Assembly (NCBI GenBank): GCA_965203415.1
Contig: CBDBCS010000006.1
Span: forward strand, 67,942-131,941
Length of the DNA: 64,000 nt
Direction: 5' to 3'
From: Alphaproteobacteria bacterium
GTDB lineage: Bacteria > Pseudomonadota > Alphaproteobacteria > CBDBCS01
Shown: positions 27,845-38,166 of the stretch, piece after piece
Layout: every line of letters begins with the position of its first letter
How positions within the stretch are numbered: the stretch's first letter is position 1
Program-made: the position numbers and the translations under genes
The notes under the pieces: generated by a model
What the model was told of the DNA's origin: nothing
Databases searched by the model: none
Seen by the model: only the letters and a program-made list of their open reading frames with translations

Positions 27845-28900
27845 CATGCCATAAAAATGCCACGAACAGGAGGCGTCCTCTGAGGAACTCTGTGTCATCG
27901 GGCTTCTCTGGATGGATGGAGCGTCTCTTTTTTGGACGCGTTTGGACGCGTTTAGACACGAATAGACACGAATAGACACAAACGGGCGGGCTCGATTCTC
28001 GACATTCTTTTTTGGAACCCTTTGATAGGCCGTCTCGGGGCACGCAAGAGAAAACCATCTCAAATCGGCGTAGACCAGCGTAAGCCCCGGCATAATTCCG
28101 GCATAATCCTGGCATAATCCCGGGATTAACCTCGGGAAACGGCACAAGAGTCTCATCCTGGAAACCCTGGAAACCCCCGACGATAACGCCACAAAAACGC
28201 CAGAGAAGCGGCGGAACAACGCACCAATAACCATAGCACGAACATACCACAAGCTCAGGAGGCGTCCTCTGAGGAACTCTGTGTCATCGGGCTTCTCTGG
28301 ATAGATGGAGCGTCTCTTTTTTGGACGCGTTTAGACATACATAGACACGAATAGACACAAACGGGCGGGCTCGATTCTCGACATTCTTTTTTGGAACCCT
28401 TTGATAGGCCGTCTCGGGGCACGCAAGAGAAAACATCTCAAATCGGCGTAAGCCAGCGTAGGCCCGGCATAATTCCGGCATCATCCCGGCATAATCCCGG
28501 GATTAATCTCGAGAAACGGCACAAGAGTCTCATCCTGGAAACCCTGGAAACCCCCGACGATAACGCCATAAAAACGCCAGAGAAGCGGCGGGACAACGCA
28601 CCAATAACCATAGCACGAACATACCACAAGCACAGGAGGCGTCCTCTGAGGAACTCTGTGTCATCGGGCTTCTCTGGATGGAGGAAGCGTCTCTTTTTTG
28701 GACGCGTTAGACATACATAGACACGAATAGACACAAACGGGCGGGCTCGATTCTCGACATTCTTTTTTGGAACTCTTTGTTCGGCCGTCTCGGGGCACGC
28801 AAGAGAAAACCATCTCAAGTCGGCGTAGGCCAGCGTAGGCCCCGCATAATTCCGGCATCATCCCGGCATTAATCTCGGGAAACGGTACAAGAGTCTCATC
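27845..28900. repeat. ~380-bp non-coding tandem repeat, about 2.8 copies
   Basis: caggaggcgtcctctgaggaactctgtgtcatcgggcttctctggat at 27867, 28256 and 28633 (periods 389 and 377). Internal micro-repeats ggcataatNcc and agacacgaat. Confidence 0.9.
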
Positions 28901-28934
28901 CTGCCCCCCTAGAATCCCAGACGATTCTGTGTTC

Positions 28935-29100
28935 TTTCTCTTGTCCTGCCTCTTCTTTGCCTCACCCCTTCTTTGCCTCGCCCCGCCTTGCCGCTGCCCT
29001 ATTTCGCCTCTGCTGCTTGCCCGACTCGCCCCTTTTTGCTGTGCCTCGCGCCGCCTTGCCGCTGCCCTATTTCGCCTCTATTGCTTGCCTGCCTCACCCT
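28935..29100. repeat. 68-bp x2 CT-rich direct repeat
   Basis: ccgccttgccgctgccctatttcgcctct(g/a)(c/t)tgcttgcc at 28983 and 29051. Confidence 0.8.
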
Positions 29101-29512
29101 TATCTCGTCTATAGTTCCGTCCATATCTGGGTCTATGCCTCTAAAGAGGGGGCGTCGGACGCCTTTCTCTCCCGCTCTCTCCCGCTGTTTTGGACACGAG
29201 CCCTCTGGTTTAGCCTCTCCCGGCCTTTTTTTGTTTTGCATGAGTCCTGTTTTGTGCTAGTTTCCTTCTGTGGCGGTTATACGCTCGCGTTCGGGGCATG
29301 GGCGTGCATGCAATTATATAGTGTAATTATATAGTGTATGTATGCTGGTGCCCTAGACGGAGGTTGCGGAGCGGGGCTTGTATCCGAGTCCGACTCTTTT
29401 TGTCTTGGACGTCTGACGGAGGCTTTAAGGACTTTTCTGTCCTTTTTCATCGTGTCCCGCGTTTTTTTATTGCCCTTTTTTGTTTGTTCTGTTTTAGATT
29501 AAGAGGTTTTCT

Positions 29513-30826
29513 ATGCGTTATCGTGCCAATGATCTCTCCAGTCACTGGATACCCTTCACGAGCAATCGTGATTTCAAAGCGAATCCCCGTCTCATAGCCA
29601 AGGCCGAGGGCGTGTGGTACTATGACGCCGCCGGTCGGAAGCTTTTGGATGGTTCGTCGGGTCTTTTTAACGTTCCGCTAGGACACGGGCGTCAGGATAT
29701 TGCAGACGCGGTTCGCAATCAGCTTCTGGAGAGCGATTATGTACCCTCTTTTCAGTTGGGTCATCCGGCGTCGTTTGATTTTGCGGAATTGCTCACCCAC
29801 CATCTTGGCGCGCCGTTCGGGCAGGTTTTCTTCACGAATTCGGGGTCTGAAGCCATTGACACGGCCATCAAGATTGTCCAGGCCTATCATCGGGCCCGCG
29901 GCGAAGGCCACCGCGTGCGTCTGGTCTCGCGGGAAAGAGCCTATCACGGCGTCAATATCGGGGGCACCTCTTTATCCGGCATGGTGCGCAACCGAGAGAC
30001 GTTTTCGATGGTTCTCCCCCATGTTTCGCTCATACGCAACACGGTTCAGCCGGATCGCCCTTTCGTCTGGGGGCAAGACCCAGAGGGTGGCGTCGAATTG
30101 GCGAATGATCTGGAACGCCTCGTCCAGACCTATGGCGGCGGGACCATCGCCGCCTGTTTCGTGGAGCCCGTCGCGGGGTCTACGGGCGTTCTGGTGCCGC
30201 CTCGGGGCTATCTGGAGCGCCTCCGAGAGATTTGCACGGCCAACGGCATTCTCCTCATTTTCGACGAGGTCATTTGTGGGTTCGGTCGTTTAGGTTCGGC
30301 TTTTGGGATGAACGCCTTTGGCGTGGAGCCCGATATCGTGACCATGGCGAAGGCTCTGACGAACGGGTGCGTGCCCATGGGAGCCGTCGGCGTCCAGAGC
30401 CATATCTATGAAACGGTGACACAAGCGGCTCCCGAACGCGTTATCGAGTTTTTCCACGGTTACACGTATTCGGCGCATCCGGTGGCCTGTGCGGCGGGTT
30501 TAACGGCTCTGACGGTGTATGAGAGGGATAATCTCTATGAGCGGGCGGCGGCTCTTTCGCCCGATTTCGCCGCGGGCGTCCAGTCTCTCCGAGACATCCC
30601 CGTCGTCAAGGATATCCGAGGCATGGGCTTACTCGCGGGGGTCGAGGTCGAACCCGACGGGGCTCCGGGAGCCCGAGGCACCCAGTTACAAAAGGACCTC
30701 TTTAAGGCGGGACTCGTGGTGAAAGTCACGGGCGATGTTGCGATTCTTTCCCCACCCTTCGTCGCAACTCCCGAGCAGATCGACCACATGATCGAGGTCT
30801 TGGCTGGTGTTCTCAAAAAGATTTGA
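29513..30826 (+). CDS. class-III omega-amino acid:pyruvate aminotransferase (candidate taurine:pyruvate aminotransferase by context)
   Basis: HWIPFTSNRDFKANPRLIAKAEGVWYYDAAGRKLLDGSSGLFNVPLGHGR, FDEVICGFGRLG, PLP-Lys DIVTMAKALTNG. Lies immediately upstream of tauABC. Confidence 0.88.
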   Translation: MRYRANDLSSHWIPFTSNRDFKANPRLIAKAEGVWYYDAAGRKLLDGSSGLFNVPLGHGRQDIADAVRNQLLESDYVPSFQLGHPASFDFAELLTHHLGAPFGQVFFTNSGSEAIDTAIKIVQAYHRARGEGHRVRLVSRERAYHGVNIGGTSLSGMVRNRETFSMVLPHVSLIRNTVQPDRPFVWGQDPEGGVELANDLERLVQTYGGGTIAACFVEPVAGSTGVLVPPRGYLERLREICTANGILLIFDEVICGFGRLGSAFGMNAFGVEPDIVTMAKALTNGCVPMGAVGVQSHIYETVTQAAPERVIEFFHGYTYSAHPVACAAGLTALTVYERDNLYERAAALSPDFAAGVQSLRDIPVVKDIRGMGLLAGVEVEPDGAPGARGTQLQKDLFKAGLVVKVTGDVAILSPPFVATPEQIDHMIEVLAGVLKKI

Positions 30827-30856
30827 TCTTTTTTGAGAATTTTCGGGATTTTTTAC

Positions 30857-30885
30857 TTGACAGGGGGCCGCGAGGTCGCTATCAA
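30857..30885 (+). promoter_or_regulatory. putative tauABC promoter TTGACA-17-TATCAA
   Basis: acTTGACAgggggccgcgaggtcgcTATCAAgggg. About 195-nt leader to the tauA ATG. Confidence 0.4.
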
Positions 30886-31082
30886 GGGGTTTGTTCCTCT
30901 GTGCGTATCCAGACTGAAGCCCCGGAAAGCCGGCGCGAGAGTCTGGAGGGCGGATGAAACGAGGCGAGGTTCGGAATTGTGGGCCTCCTCGGTTGGTGGG
31001 GTGCGGCCGGTGTGTGACCTTGCGTCGTGCCGGTTGGTGCTTCAAATTATAGATAAGATTTTTGAGAGGAAGGATTTCAAAA

Positions 31083-32150
31083 ATGATGACACGTTTTTTT
31101 TCCGCAGTTTCTGCTTTCGGGAGGTCTGGAGTCAAGTCTACAGGCTTTTCCATTTTGTTTGCGGCCCTGGTTTTGTCGGGGCTGGTGGTGCGTCTGGGAC
31201 ATGCTCAGGACGTCACGGTTGGCTATCAGGGAATCCTCAACCCCTGGAAGGTCGCCATCGAAGACGGCAAGTTCGAGAAGATGACAGGGAAATCCATTAA
31301 ATGGGTTAAGTTCGCCTCTGGGGCGGATGTTATCACGGCCATGGCTGCCGGGGAGCTCCACATTGCCGTGGCCGGCTCCAGCCCCATCGCTGCCGGCGTG
31401 AGTCAAGGCGTCCCCATGGTGCTCTTCTGGATTCTTGAGGACATCAATGACGCCGAAGCTCTGGTCGTCCATCATGACTCCGGCATTCAAGCCCCGCAGG
31501 ATCTCAAAGGCAAACGCATTGGGGTTCCTTTTGTTTCCACAACGCATTTTCACGCGCTTTTTGCGCTGGAACAATTCGGCCTGAGTGCCGGCACGGACCC
31601 CGAAGAGGTCTCGCTGCTCAATCTCGAACCTCCCGAGATCAGGGCGGCCTGGGAGCGCGGGGATCTGGACGGGGCTTTCATTTGGGACCCTGTTCTAGGA
31701 AGCATCAAAGAGAACGGGAATGTTCTCATCACCTCGGGCACTTTGTCCAGCTGGGGCAAGGCCACTTTCGACGGCATGGTCGTTGATAAGCCGTTTGCCG
31801 ATGAGAATCCGGACTTTATGGCAGATTTCGTCCGGACGATTGCGGAAGAAGACGCCTATTATCGCGAGAATCCGAAAGAGTACGGTCCGACAAGCGACCG
31901 AGCCAAGAAAATTGCGAAATGGGGTGGGGGTTCCGCTGACCAGGTCGCAGGTGTTCTGGCTCTTTATTCCTTCCCCACGCTTAGTCAGCAGGCATCGTCG
32001 ACTTGGCTCGGTGGTGGTGCTGAAGGGGGCGCGGCCCGTGCTCTACGCTTCACCGCTGAGTTTTTGAGAGGCGAAGGCCGGATTTCGTCGCTTTTGGACG
32101 ACTACGGTACCGCTGTCACGGATGCTTTTGTGATAGCGGCGCAGAAGTAA
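31083..32150 (+). CDS. tauA: taurine ABC transporter substrate-binding protein
   Basis: Collinear with E. coli TauA as I recall it: GKRIGVPFVSTTHFHALFALEQFG, NLEPPEIRAAWERGDLDGAFIWDP, C-terminal DYGTAVTDAFV. ATG at 31083 has an RBS and gives a signal peptide. Confidence 0.9.
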   Translation: MMTRFFSAVSAFGRSGVKSTGFSILFAALVLSGLVVRLGHAQDVTVGYQGILNPWKVAIEDGKFEKMTGKSIKWVKFASGADVITAMAAGELHIAVAGSSPIAAGVSQGVPMVLFWILEDINDAEALVVHHDSGIQAPQDLKGKRIGVPFVSTTHFHALFALEQFGLSAGTDPEEVSLLNLEPPEIRAAWERGDLDGAFIWDPVLGSIKENGNVLITSGTLSSWGKATFDGMVVDKPFADENPDFMADFVRTIAEEDAYYRENPKEYGPTSDRAKKIAKWGGGSADQVAGVLALYSFPTLSQQASSTWLGGGAEGGAARALRFTAEFLRGEGRISSLLDDYGTAVTDAFVIAAQK

Positions 32151-32525
32151 CACACCCGTAGCACACCGGGGTTCGCGGACGGATGGGGATTATGGGGATG
32201 GTGGTATGGGGGGATGCACTTGCAGAGTGTGTGCCCTCCCTCTGGGCTTCCCCTGTCGTCCTCTCCGTCCGCGGACTTGAGCGGTCCTTCTTTGCTTTGT
32301 CTTTGAGGAGGCGGGCTGTGTGGTGGCGGCTCCGTTCCTTCTTGTGTCCTCGTGCGTCTTTTTTTCCTTGTTCCCTTTTTTAGTCTTTCCTCTCTCGTTT
32401 GCCGCTAAGGTTCCCTTCCCGGTGGTTCCGGGCAAACGAGAAGCGACGGTTGCCCCCGCGTGCCGGCCGTGTGGACGGCACAACGGGGGACTCGGGGAGC
32501 CTGGAAACACGGTGCTGTTGAACTG

Positions 32526-33332
32526 ATGTCGCATCTGGAAGTCAGAGACGTTTCTGTACGCTACCCGACTCGGGACGGCGGGACGATAAAGGCTCTGGAA
32601 CGAGTCGATCTAGATCTTCGTGAGGGCGATTTTGTTGTCGCTCTAGGAGCTTCCGGCTGCGGAAAAACGACTTTACTGAATTTACTCGGCGGTTTCATAC
32701 GACCGAGTGAGGGGGTCGTTAAGCTCAACGACCGCTCTATCGATGGGCCCGGCGCCGATCGAGGGGTTGTTTTTCAAAAGCACGCCCTATTGCCTTGGTT
32801 GAATGTTCGCGAAAATGTTTGCTTTGGTCTCAAATTACGAGGCCTCTCCAAAAAAGAACGTTATGAAAAGGCTGAACAAGCTCTGAAATTGGTTGAGCTC
32901 AAGGGGTTCGAGGATCATTTTATTTACGAATTATCCGGCGGCATGCAGCAGCGAGTTGGCCTTGCCCGAGCTCTCACATCAGACCCCGAAATTTTATTGA
33001 TGGACGAACCATTGGGGGCCTTGGATGCTCTGACGCGTGAGAATATGCAGGAACTCATCCTCAAGGTTTGGTCCGAGACCCATAAGATGATTTTTTTCAT
33101 CACGCACTCTGTGGAGGAGGCTCTGTTTATGGCGACGCGTTTGGTGGTGATGTCGCCGCGTCCCGGGCGTGTGAGCTATCAATGGGATTTAGACTTCTCC
33201 CGGCGCTTCCTTGAAAACAAGGAATCTGCGCGCGTCATTAAATCCAGTTCCCGTTTTGTCCGGAAACGCGAGGAGGTCTTGAAGATCATTTATGGCGATG
33301 AAAAAGAAGCCGCCAATAGAGCTATCCCATGA
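32526..33332 (+). CDS. tauB: taurine ABC transporter ATP-binding protein
   Basis: Walker A GASGCGKTTLLNL, signature LSGGMQQRVGLARAL, Walker B LLMDEP. Start MSHLEVRDVSVRY at 32526 preferred over 32460. Confidence 0.92.
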   Translation: MSHLEVRDVSVRYPTRDGGTIKALERVDLDLREGDFVVALGASGCGKTTLLNLLGGFIRPSEGVVKLNDRSIDGPGADRGVVFQKHALLPWLNVRENVCFGLKLRGLSKKERYEKAEQALKLVELKGFEDHFIYELSGGMQQRVGLARALTSDPEILLMDEPLGALDALTRENMQELILKVWSETHKMIFFITHSVEEALFMATRLVVMSPRPGRVSYQWDLDFSRRFLENKESARVIKSSSRFVRKREEVLKIIYGDEKEAANRAIP

Positions 33333-33574
33333 GCACCGATTTCGGACGATTGCCTAACCGCGGGCCGTGCTCTATCTAGGGCTCTGTGGGTGGGCTGGTC
33401 GTGATGTTCCTATGGGTCTTCCAATCGCTCAGCCGGACCGAGCCCTGAGGATCTGGACTTGAGGAGGGCGGCCGCTCGGCGAGCATCTGCTCGCCGGGGG
33501 CTAGCCCTTCTGCTTAAGCTTTGCGAACCGGGTGGCCGGAGAACCGATTGAGGAACAGTGAGGGTGGTATGAGA

Positions 33575-33935
33575 GCAATCGTCATGAATATCGCGACGAT
33601 GGAGGCATTGGGAACCTCATGAGTCGGAATAGAAATAACCGGGGAGGTTTATTCTTCTTTTTTACGCATCTGTTCGCGAGGTTTCGAGCGGCGCGTCTTT
33701 TGCTTTTTTCCAAAAGCACCTCTGTCAAACCCAGCGACCCTTATGGCAAGCCGGGATATCATCAAGAACATCTCGACTACGGAGGCACTGGTGGGCCCAT
33801 GAGCCGGAATAAAAAGAACGGGGGAAGTTTGTTCTCCTTTTTTGCGAATTTGTTCGCAAGGTTGCAAGGAGGGAGCTTTATGTTTCTTTTCAAAAGCTCC
33901 GCTGTCAAGCCCGGTGAGCTTTATGGCAAACCAGG
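33575..33935. repeat. 180-bp x2 tandem duplication spanning RBS + start + first ~45 codons of tauC
   Basis: atcgtcatgaatatcgcgacgatGGAGGcattgggaacctcATGagtcgg versus atatcatcaagaacatctcgactacGGAGGcactggtgggcccATGagccgg. ATGs at 33619 and 33799. Confidence 0.85.
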
Positions 33936-34701
33936 GGCTGGCAAATCGTGGCATATTAGTATTGTCTCGGCGGTCTTGTTGCTTCTTTTATGGTTTTTAG
34001 CCACCAATTTGGGGTGGGTTAAGCCTCTTTTTCTACCCTCACCGCAGGCGGTTAGCGAGACGTTTACCCGTCTTCTGACCGAGGAGTATTCGGGTGGAAC
34101 GCTTCTGGAGCATACGAGACAGTCCTTATTTCGTATTTTCACGGCTTTTTTTCTAGCGGCGGCGACGGCGATTCCTCTAGGGCTGGCGATGGGGGTGAAT
34201 CGTTTTATGAGGGGCACTTTTGACCCTCCTCTAGAGTTTTACCGTCCTCTACCGCCTTTGGCTTATTTACCTCTGACCATTTTGTGGCTAGGCATTGGCG
34301 AGGAGCAAAAAATCACCTTGATTTTTCTAGCGATGTTTGCGCCCATCGCGATTTCGGCTCGGGCGGGGGTTCGGTCTGTCTCTCTGGAGCAGATCCACGC
34401 CGCCTATTCTCTTGGAGCCACGCGTCGGCAGATCAATCGGCACGTTGTTTTGATGTCCGCCCTGCCTGAGGTCCTCACGGGCTTACGCATTGGCATTGGG
34501 TTTGGTTGGACGACTCTGGTCGCAGCTGAGATTGCCGCTGCCGAGAAGGGGTTAGGGCATATGATTTTGGACGCTTCTGCATTCTTGGCCTCGGATATTG
34601 TCGTGATGGGGATTATACTGATTGGCCTCATTGCTTTCTCTTTTGATCTGTTCATGCGTTTCGTGGAGCGCCTTTTGGTTCCTTGGAAGGGGCGCGCTTA
34701 G
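33619..34701 (+). CDS. tauC: taurine ABC transporter permease; carries an in-frame 60-codon 5' duplication (alternative start 33799)
   Basis: BPD permease core ...ALPEVLTGLRIGIGFGWTTLVAAEIAAAEKGLG. The N-terminus MSRNRNNRGGLFFFFTHLFARF... is repeated as MSRNKKNGGSLFSFFANLFARL... 180 nt later. Confidence 0.88.
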   Translation: MSRNRNNRGGLFFFFTHLFARFRAARLLLFSKSTSVKPSDPYGKPGYHQEHLDYGGTGGPMSRNKKNGGSLFSFFANLFARLQGGSFMFLFKSSAVKPGELYGKPGAGKSWHISIVSAVLLLLLWFLATNLGWVKPLFLPSPQAVSETFTRLLTEEYSGGTLLEHTRQSLFRIFTAFFLAAATAIPLGLAMGVNRFMRGTFDPPLEFYRPLPPLAYLPLTILWLGIGEEQKITLIFLAMFAPIAISARAGVRSVSLEQIHAAYSLGATRRQINRHVVLMSALPEVLTGLRIGIGFGWTTLVAAEIAAAEKGLGHMILDASAFLASDIVVMGIILIGLIAFSFDLFMRFVERLLVPWKGRA

Positions 34702-35089
34702 CCTTTTTCCCCGCTCCCCGCTGTGGGGGGGGGTGAGGTCCCTCCTGGGTGTCCCGGGTGTTTCCGGTGTTTCTCCCCTGGCGGCAGGGTGTCCTTGGCG
34801 TCCGGGGCGGCCTAGGTCTCGGGACTCGGGGGGAGAAGCGGCGTGCCGTACACGGGCCCTGGGCGGCGGCCAGGCTTTCAGGAAAACAGAGCCCCGCCCT
34901 GCCTTCTATCGTACCCTATCGTATCCTGTCGCCTGTATCGGGGAGCGTCCGTCTCTGAGGTCGCCGCACTCCCGCCGGCCTGGAGTTTCCGGGAATTGCC
35001 GCTCCCGTGCCGTGCGCGTCTCGGGAGCCTCGCCTTCTGCCTATTCTGCCGCTTCGTTCCCTCGCCGTGCTTCTGGCCTGCGGCTTGGA

Positions 35090-37834
35090 TTACGGGTTTG
35101 ATTTTTGAGCCTCGACGGCTTGTTCGATCGTCTGTCGGATGCGTTCTAAAGCCACAGAGAGGCCTTCCACGGCGGGGCCACCGCCTTGAGCGAACGTGTC
35201 CTGGCCGCCGCCCGAACCTCTAATCGCGGAAATGCCGACTTTCAGCAGAGCCTTCGCCGAGAACCTATCTGTCAGGTCTGCCGACACAGCGACCATTAAA
35301 ATCGCTTTATTTTCAAAACGAGTCGCAAAGACAAAGACGGCTTTGCGTTTTTTGGTGCGGAAATCGTCAAAGAAGGCTCGGAGGTCGCCGGGGGCGGTCT
35401 CGACCTGGCATGTGTGGTAGGTAATCGGGCCGAATTGTCTGCCTTTCACAGCCCGGAGCAGCACGTTTTGCTTCTGATTCATCGTCAGAGCCTGAACTTG
35501 CGTATAGTAATCGCGGCGTTCCGCTAAGAGCTGTTGCAAACGCGCCACCAAATCCTTGGGCGCACACCGAAGAAGAGCCGTCGCGTCCTCTAGGATGGCC
35601 TCCTTTTTTTGCGTATAGGCCACGGCTTCGGCGCCCGTGACGGCCGTGAGTCGACGAATGCCAGCCGCAATAGAGGTCTCCTCTATGAGTCGAAAGGCCC
35701 CGATTTCGCCCGTCGCCTGCACGTGCGTGCCGCCGCAAAGCTCCACGGATTCCACGGGAGCGGCGGCGGAGGCGGCCTCTTCCGGGGGCACCGGTAGATC
35801 CGGGGGCGCCATACGCACGACCCGCACCTGGGCGTCATAGGTCTCGCCGAGCAGCGCCATCGCCCCGTACGCCAGAGCCGCCTCGCGCGCCATGAGCCGC
35901 GTTGTCACGGGCCAATTGGCGGCGATGGCGGCGTTGACCCGTGCCTCCAGAGCCCGCAACTCGGAAGAGCTTATTTTCTGAGGGTGAGAGATATCAAAAC
36001 GAAAACGCCCCGCCTCCACGAGCGACCCTTTTTGCGTGATATGGGGCCCCAATTCTGCGTGTAGAGCCGCATTGAGTAAGTGGGTCGCCGAGTGACTGGC
36101 TCGGAGTTTCTTGCGCCGAATCGCGTCTATCGTCAAGGTTGCCCGAGCCTGCGTCCGCAAAATCCCTGTCTCGAGGACGCCCTGGTGGGCAAAGAGGTCC
36201 TTCTGCCGCCGGCGGGTATTGGTCACTCGGAAGCGAGCCTCGGGGGTTATGATAAAGCCGTGGTCGCCCTCCTGCCCCCCGGCTTCGGCGTAAAAAGGCG
36301 TTTGATTCGTCAGAATTTCCACGTTCTCGACGGTTTTTCCCCCGGCATTGCCGGGATTTCCGGGATTTTCGGGCCCTTCCAGGGTCTCGCAAGGCTGCTG
36401 GTCCTGAAGCAGAGCCAAAATCAAACCTTCGGCCTGTTCGGCCTCATAGCCGAGAAACACCGTTGCGCCATATTTCTGCCGGAGGTCGAACCAGACTGGA
36501 GCCTCGGCCGAAGAGGCGATTTCGCCGCTGCCGGTCCAGTGTTCGCGCGATTTTTCGCGTTGGTTCTTCATGGCGGCCTCGAAGCCCGCTTCGTCCAAAC
36601 GGAGATGGCGTTCTCGCAGAATATCGGCGGTCAGGTCCAGCGGAAAGCCATAGGTATCGTAAAGCGTGAAAGCGACCTCTCCGGACAAAACGCCCTGAGA
36701 CGGAAGACCTTGGATCGCGCGGTCTAGAAGCCCCAGGCCTCGGTCGAGCGTTTTAAGGAAGCGTTGTTCCTCGTTTTTGATGGTTTCCTCGACCAGGGCG
36801 CGCGCCCGGACGAGCTCGGTGAAGTGTGCGCCCATCAGCTCGCCGAGACCCCGCACGAGACGCCATAGAAAGGGTTCTCGGATTCCCAAAAGATGCACGT
36901 GCCGCAGGGCTCTGCGCAAAATACGACGCAGCACATAGCCGCGTCCTTCTTTATCGGGCAGGACGCCTTCCGCAATGAGAAAACAGATCGTCCTGAGATG
37001 GTCTGCGATAATCCGGTAGCTGGGTAAGGTGGCGGGCGACGGCGTCTGCCCCGCCAAGGCTGCGATTTGGTCGATGAGGTGCTGGAATAAATCGATCTCA
37101 AAATTATTGTGTTTGCCTTGCAGAACGGCACAGAGTCGCTCCAGGCCCATGCCGGTGTCGATGGAGAGCTGCGAAAGAGGCTCCATCGTGCCCGTTTCCC
37201 CTTTCTGGAATTGCATAAAAACGAGATTCCAGATTTCGATAAAGCGATCGCCGTCTTGTTCTGGCGAACCGGGGGGGCCGCCTGCTACGGTTGGGCCGTG
37301 GTCATAATAGAGCTCTGTGCAAGGGCCGCAGGGGCCGACATCGCCCATTTGCCAGAAATTATCACTTGTCCGGATCCGAATGATTCGGTCGTCGCCGAAT
37401 CCTGCGCAGCGGTGCCAGGCCTCGGCGGCCTGGGTGTCGTTGTAATAGACGGTGGCCAAGAGGCGCTCTTGGGGGAGCCCCAGTTCTTTTGTGACAAAAT
37501 GCCACGCCAGCTCGACCGCGTTTTCCTTGGAGAGGGCGCCAAAGGCAAAATTGCCCAGCATTTCGAAAAAAGTGTGGTGACGAGCCGTATAACCGACATT
37601 GTCTAGGTCATTGTGTTTCCCGCCGGCTCGAACACATTTCTGAGAACTCACGGCCTTTTGGTAAGGGCGGCGTTCCAATCCCAGCAGGGCGTTTTTGAAC
37701 TGCACCATGCCCGAATTCACAAAGAGAAGACTCGGGTCGTTGCGCGGAACGAGCGGCGAAGAAGAGACCTCTTGGTGGCCGTTGGCCACAAAATAGTCTA
37801 GAAAGGCTCTACGAATGTCTACTAGGTTTGTCAT
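35090..37834 (-). CDS. alaS: alanine--tRNA ligase
   Basis: 914 aa. FLDYFVANGHQEVSSSPLVPRNDPSLLFVNSGMVQFK, HHTFFEMLGNF, editing-domain HSATHLL...CGGTHV. Confidence 0.97.
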   Translation of the reverse strand: MTNLVDIRRAFLDYFVANGHQEVSSSPLVPRNDPSLLFVNSGMVQFKNALLGLERRPYQKAVSSQKCVRAGGKHNDLDNVGYTARHHTFFEMLGNFAFGALSKENAVELAWHFVTKELGLPQERLLATVYYNDTQAAEAWHRCAGFGDDRIIRIRTSDNFWQMGDVGPCGPCTELYYDHGPTVAGGPPGSPEQDGDRFIEIWNLVFMQFQKGETGTMEPLSQLSIDTGMGLERLCAVLQGKHNNFEIDLFQHLIDQIAALAGQTPSPATLPSYRIIADHLRTICFLIAEGVLPDKEGRGYVLRRILRRALRHVHLLGIREPFLWRLVRGLGELMGAHFTELVRARALVEETIKNEEQRFLKTLDRGLGLLDRAIQGLPSQGVLSGEVAFTLYDTYGFPLDLTADILRERHLRLDEAGFEAAMKNQREKSREHWTGSGEIASSAEAPVWFDLRQKYGATVFLGYEAEQAEGLILALLQDQQPCETLEGPENPGNPGNAGGKTVENVEILTNQTPFYAEAGGQEGDHGFIITPEARFRVTNTRRRQKDLFAHQGVLETGILRTQARATLTIDAIRRKKLRASHSATHLLNAALHAELGPHITQKGSLVEAGRFRFDISHPQKISSSELRALEARVNAAIAANWPVTTRLMAREAALAYGAMALLGETYDAQVRVVRMAPPDLPVPPEEAASAAAPVESVELCGGTHVQATGEIGAFRLIEETSIAAGIRRLTAVTGAEAVAYTQKKEAILEDATALLRCAPKDLVARLQQLLAERRDYYTQVQALTMNQKQNVLLRAVKGRQFGPITYHTCQVETAPGDLRAFFDDFRTKKRKAVFVFATRFENKAILMVAVSADLTDRFSAKALLKVGISAIRGSGGGQDTFAQGGGPAVEGLSVALERIRQTIEQAVEAQKSNP

Positions 37835-38166
37835 CGTGCGGCCACCCTAACATAATTCTCTGGCGTAATCCTCTGGAAAAGACAAGAAGAGAGGCAAACA
37901 CGCAGAACACGACCGCGAGCCTCACACACCCTTCGCAGCAAATCTATAGCGTTTTCTGAAAATTATCCAAACAGGACGCACAACACGCACACATACACCG
38001 GGCACCGCCGGGGATTTTGGGCTCGCGCCCTCGCACGCTTTTCCCCCCAAAGTGGCCCCGGGACGGAACCAGCGTTTTATGGCTGGCTTATGGCGGAGGC
38101 CTCTCTAGGCCTGGCTGGCGGCGGGGCTTGTCCTCCTCGGCGAGCCCTGATCTGCTTCCAGGAGGG

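Noticed and set aside
27845-28900. The ~380-bp repeat as an IS element or MITE
   Set aside because: The arrangement is head-to-tail tandem. There is no transposase ORF and no terminal inverted repeats or target-site duplications that I could see.
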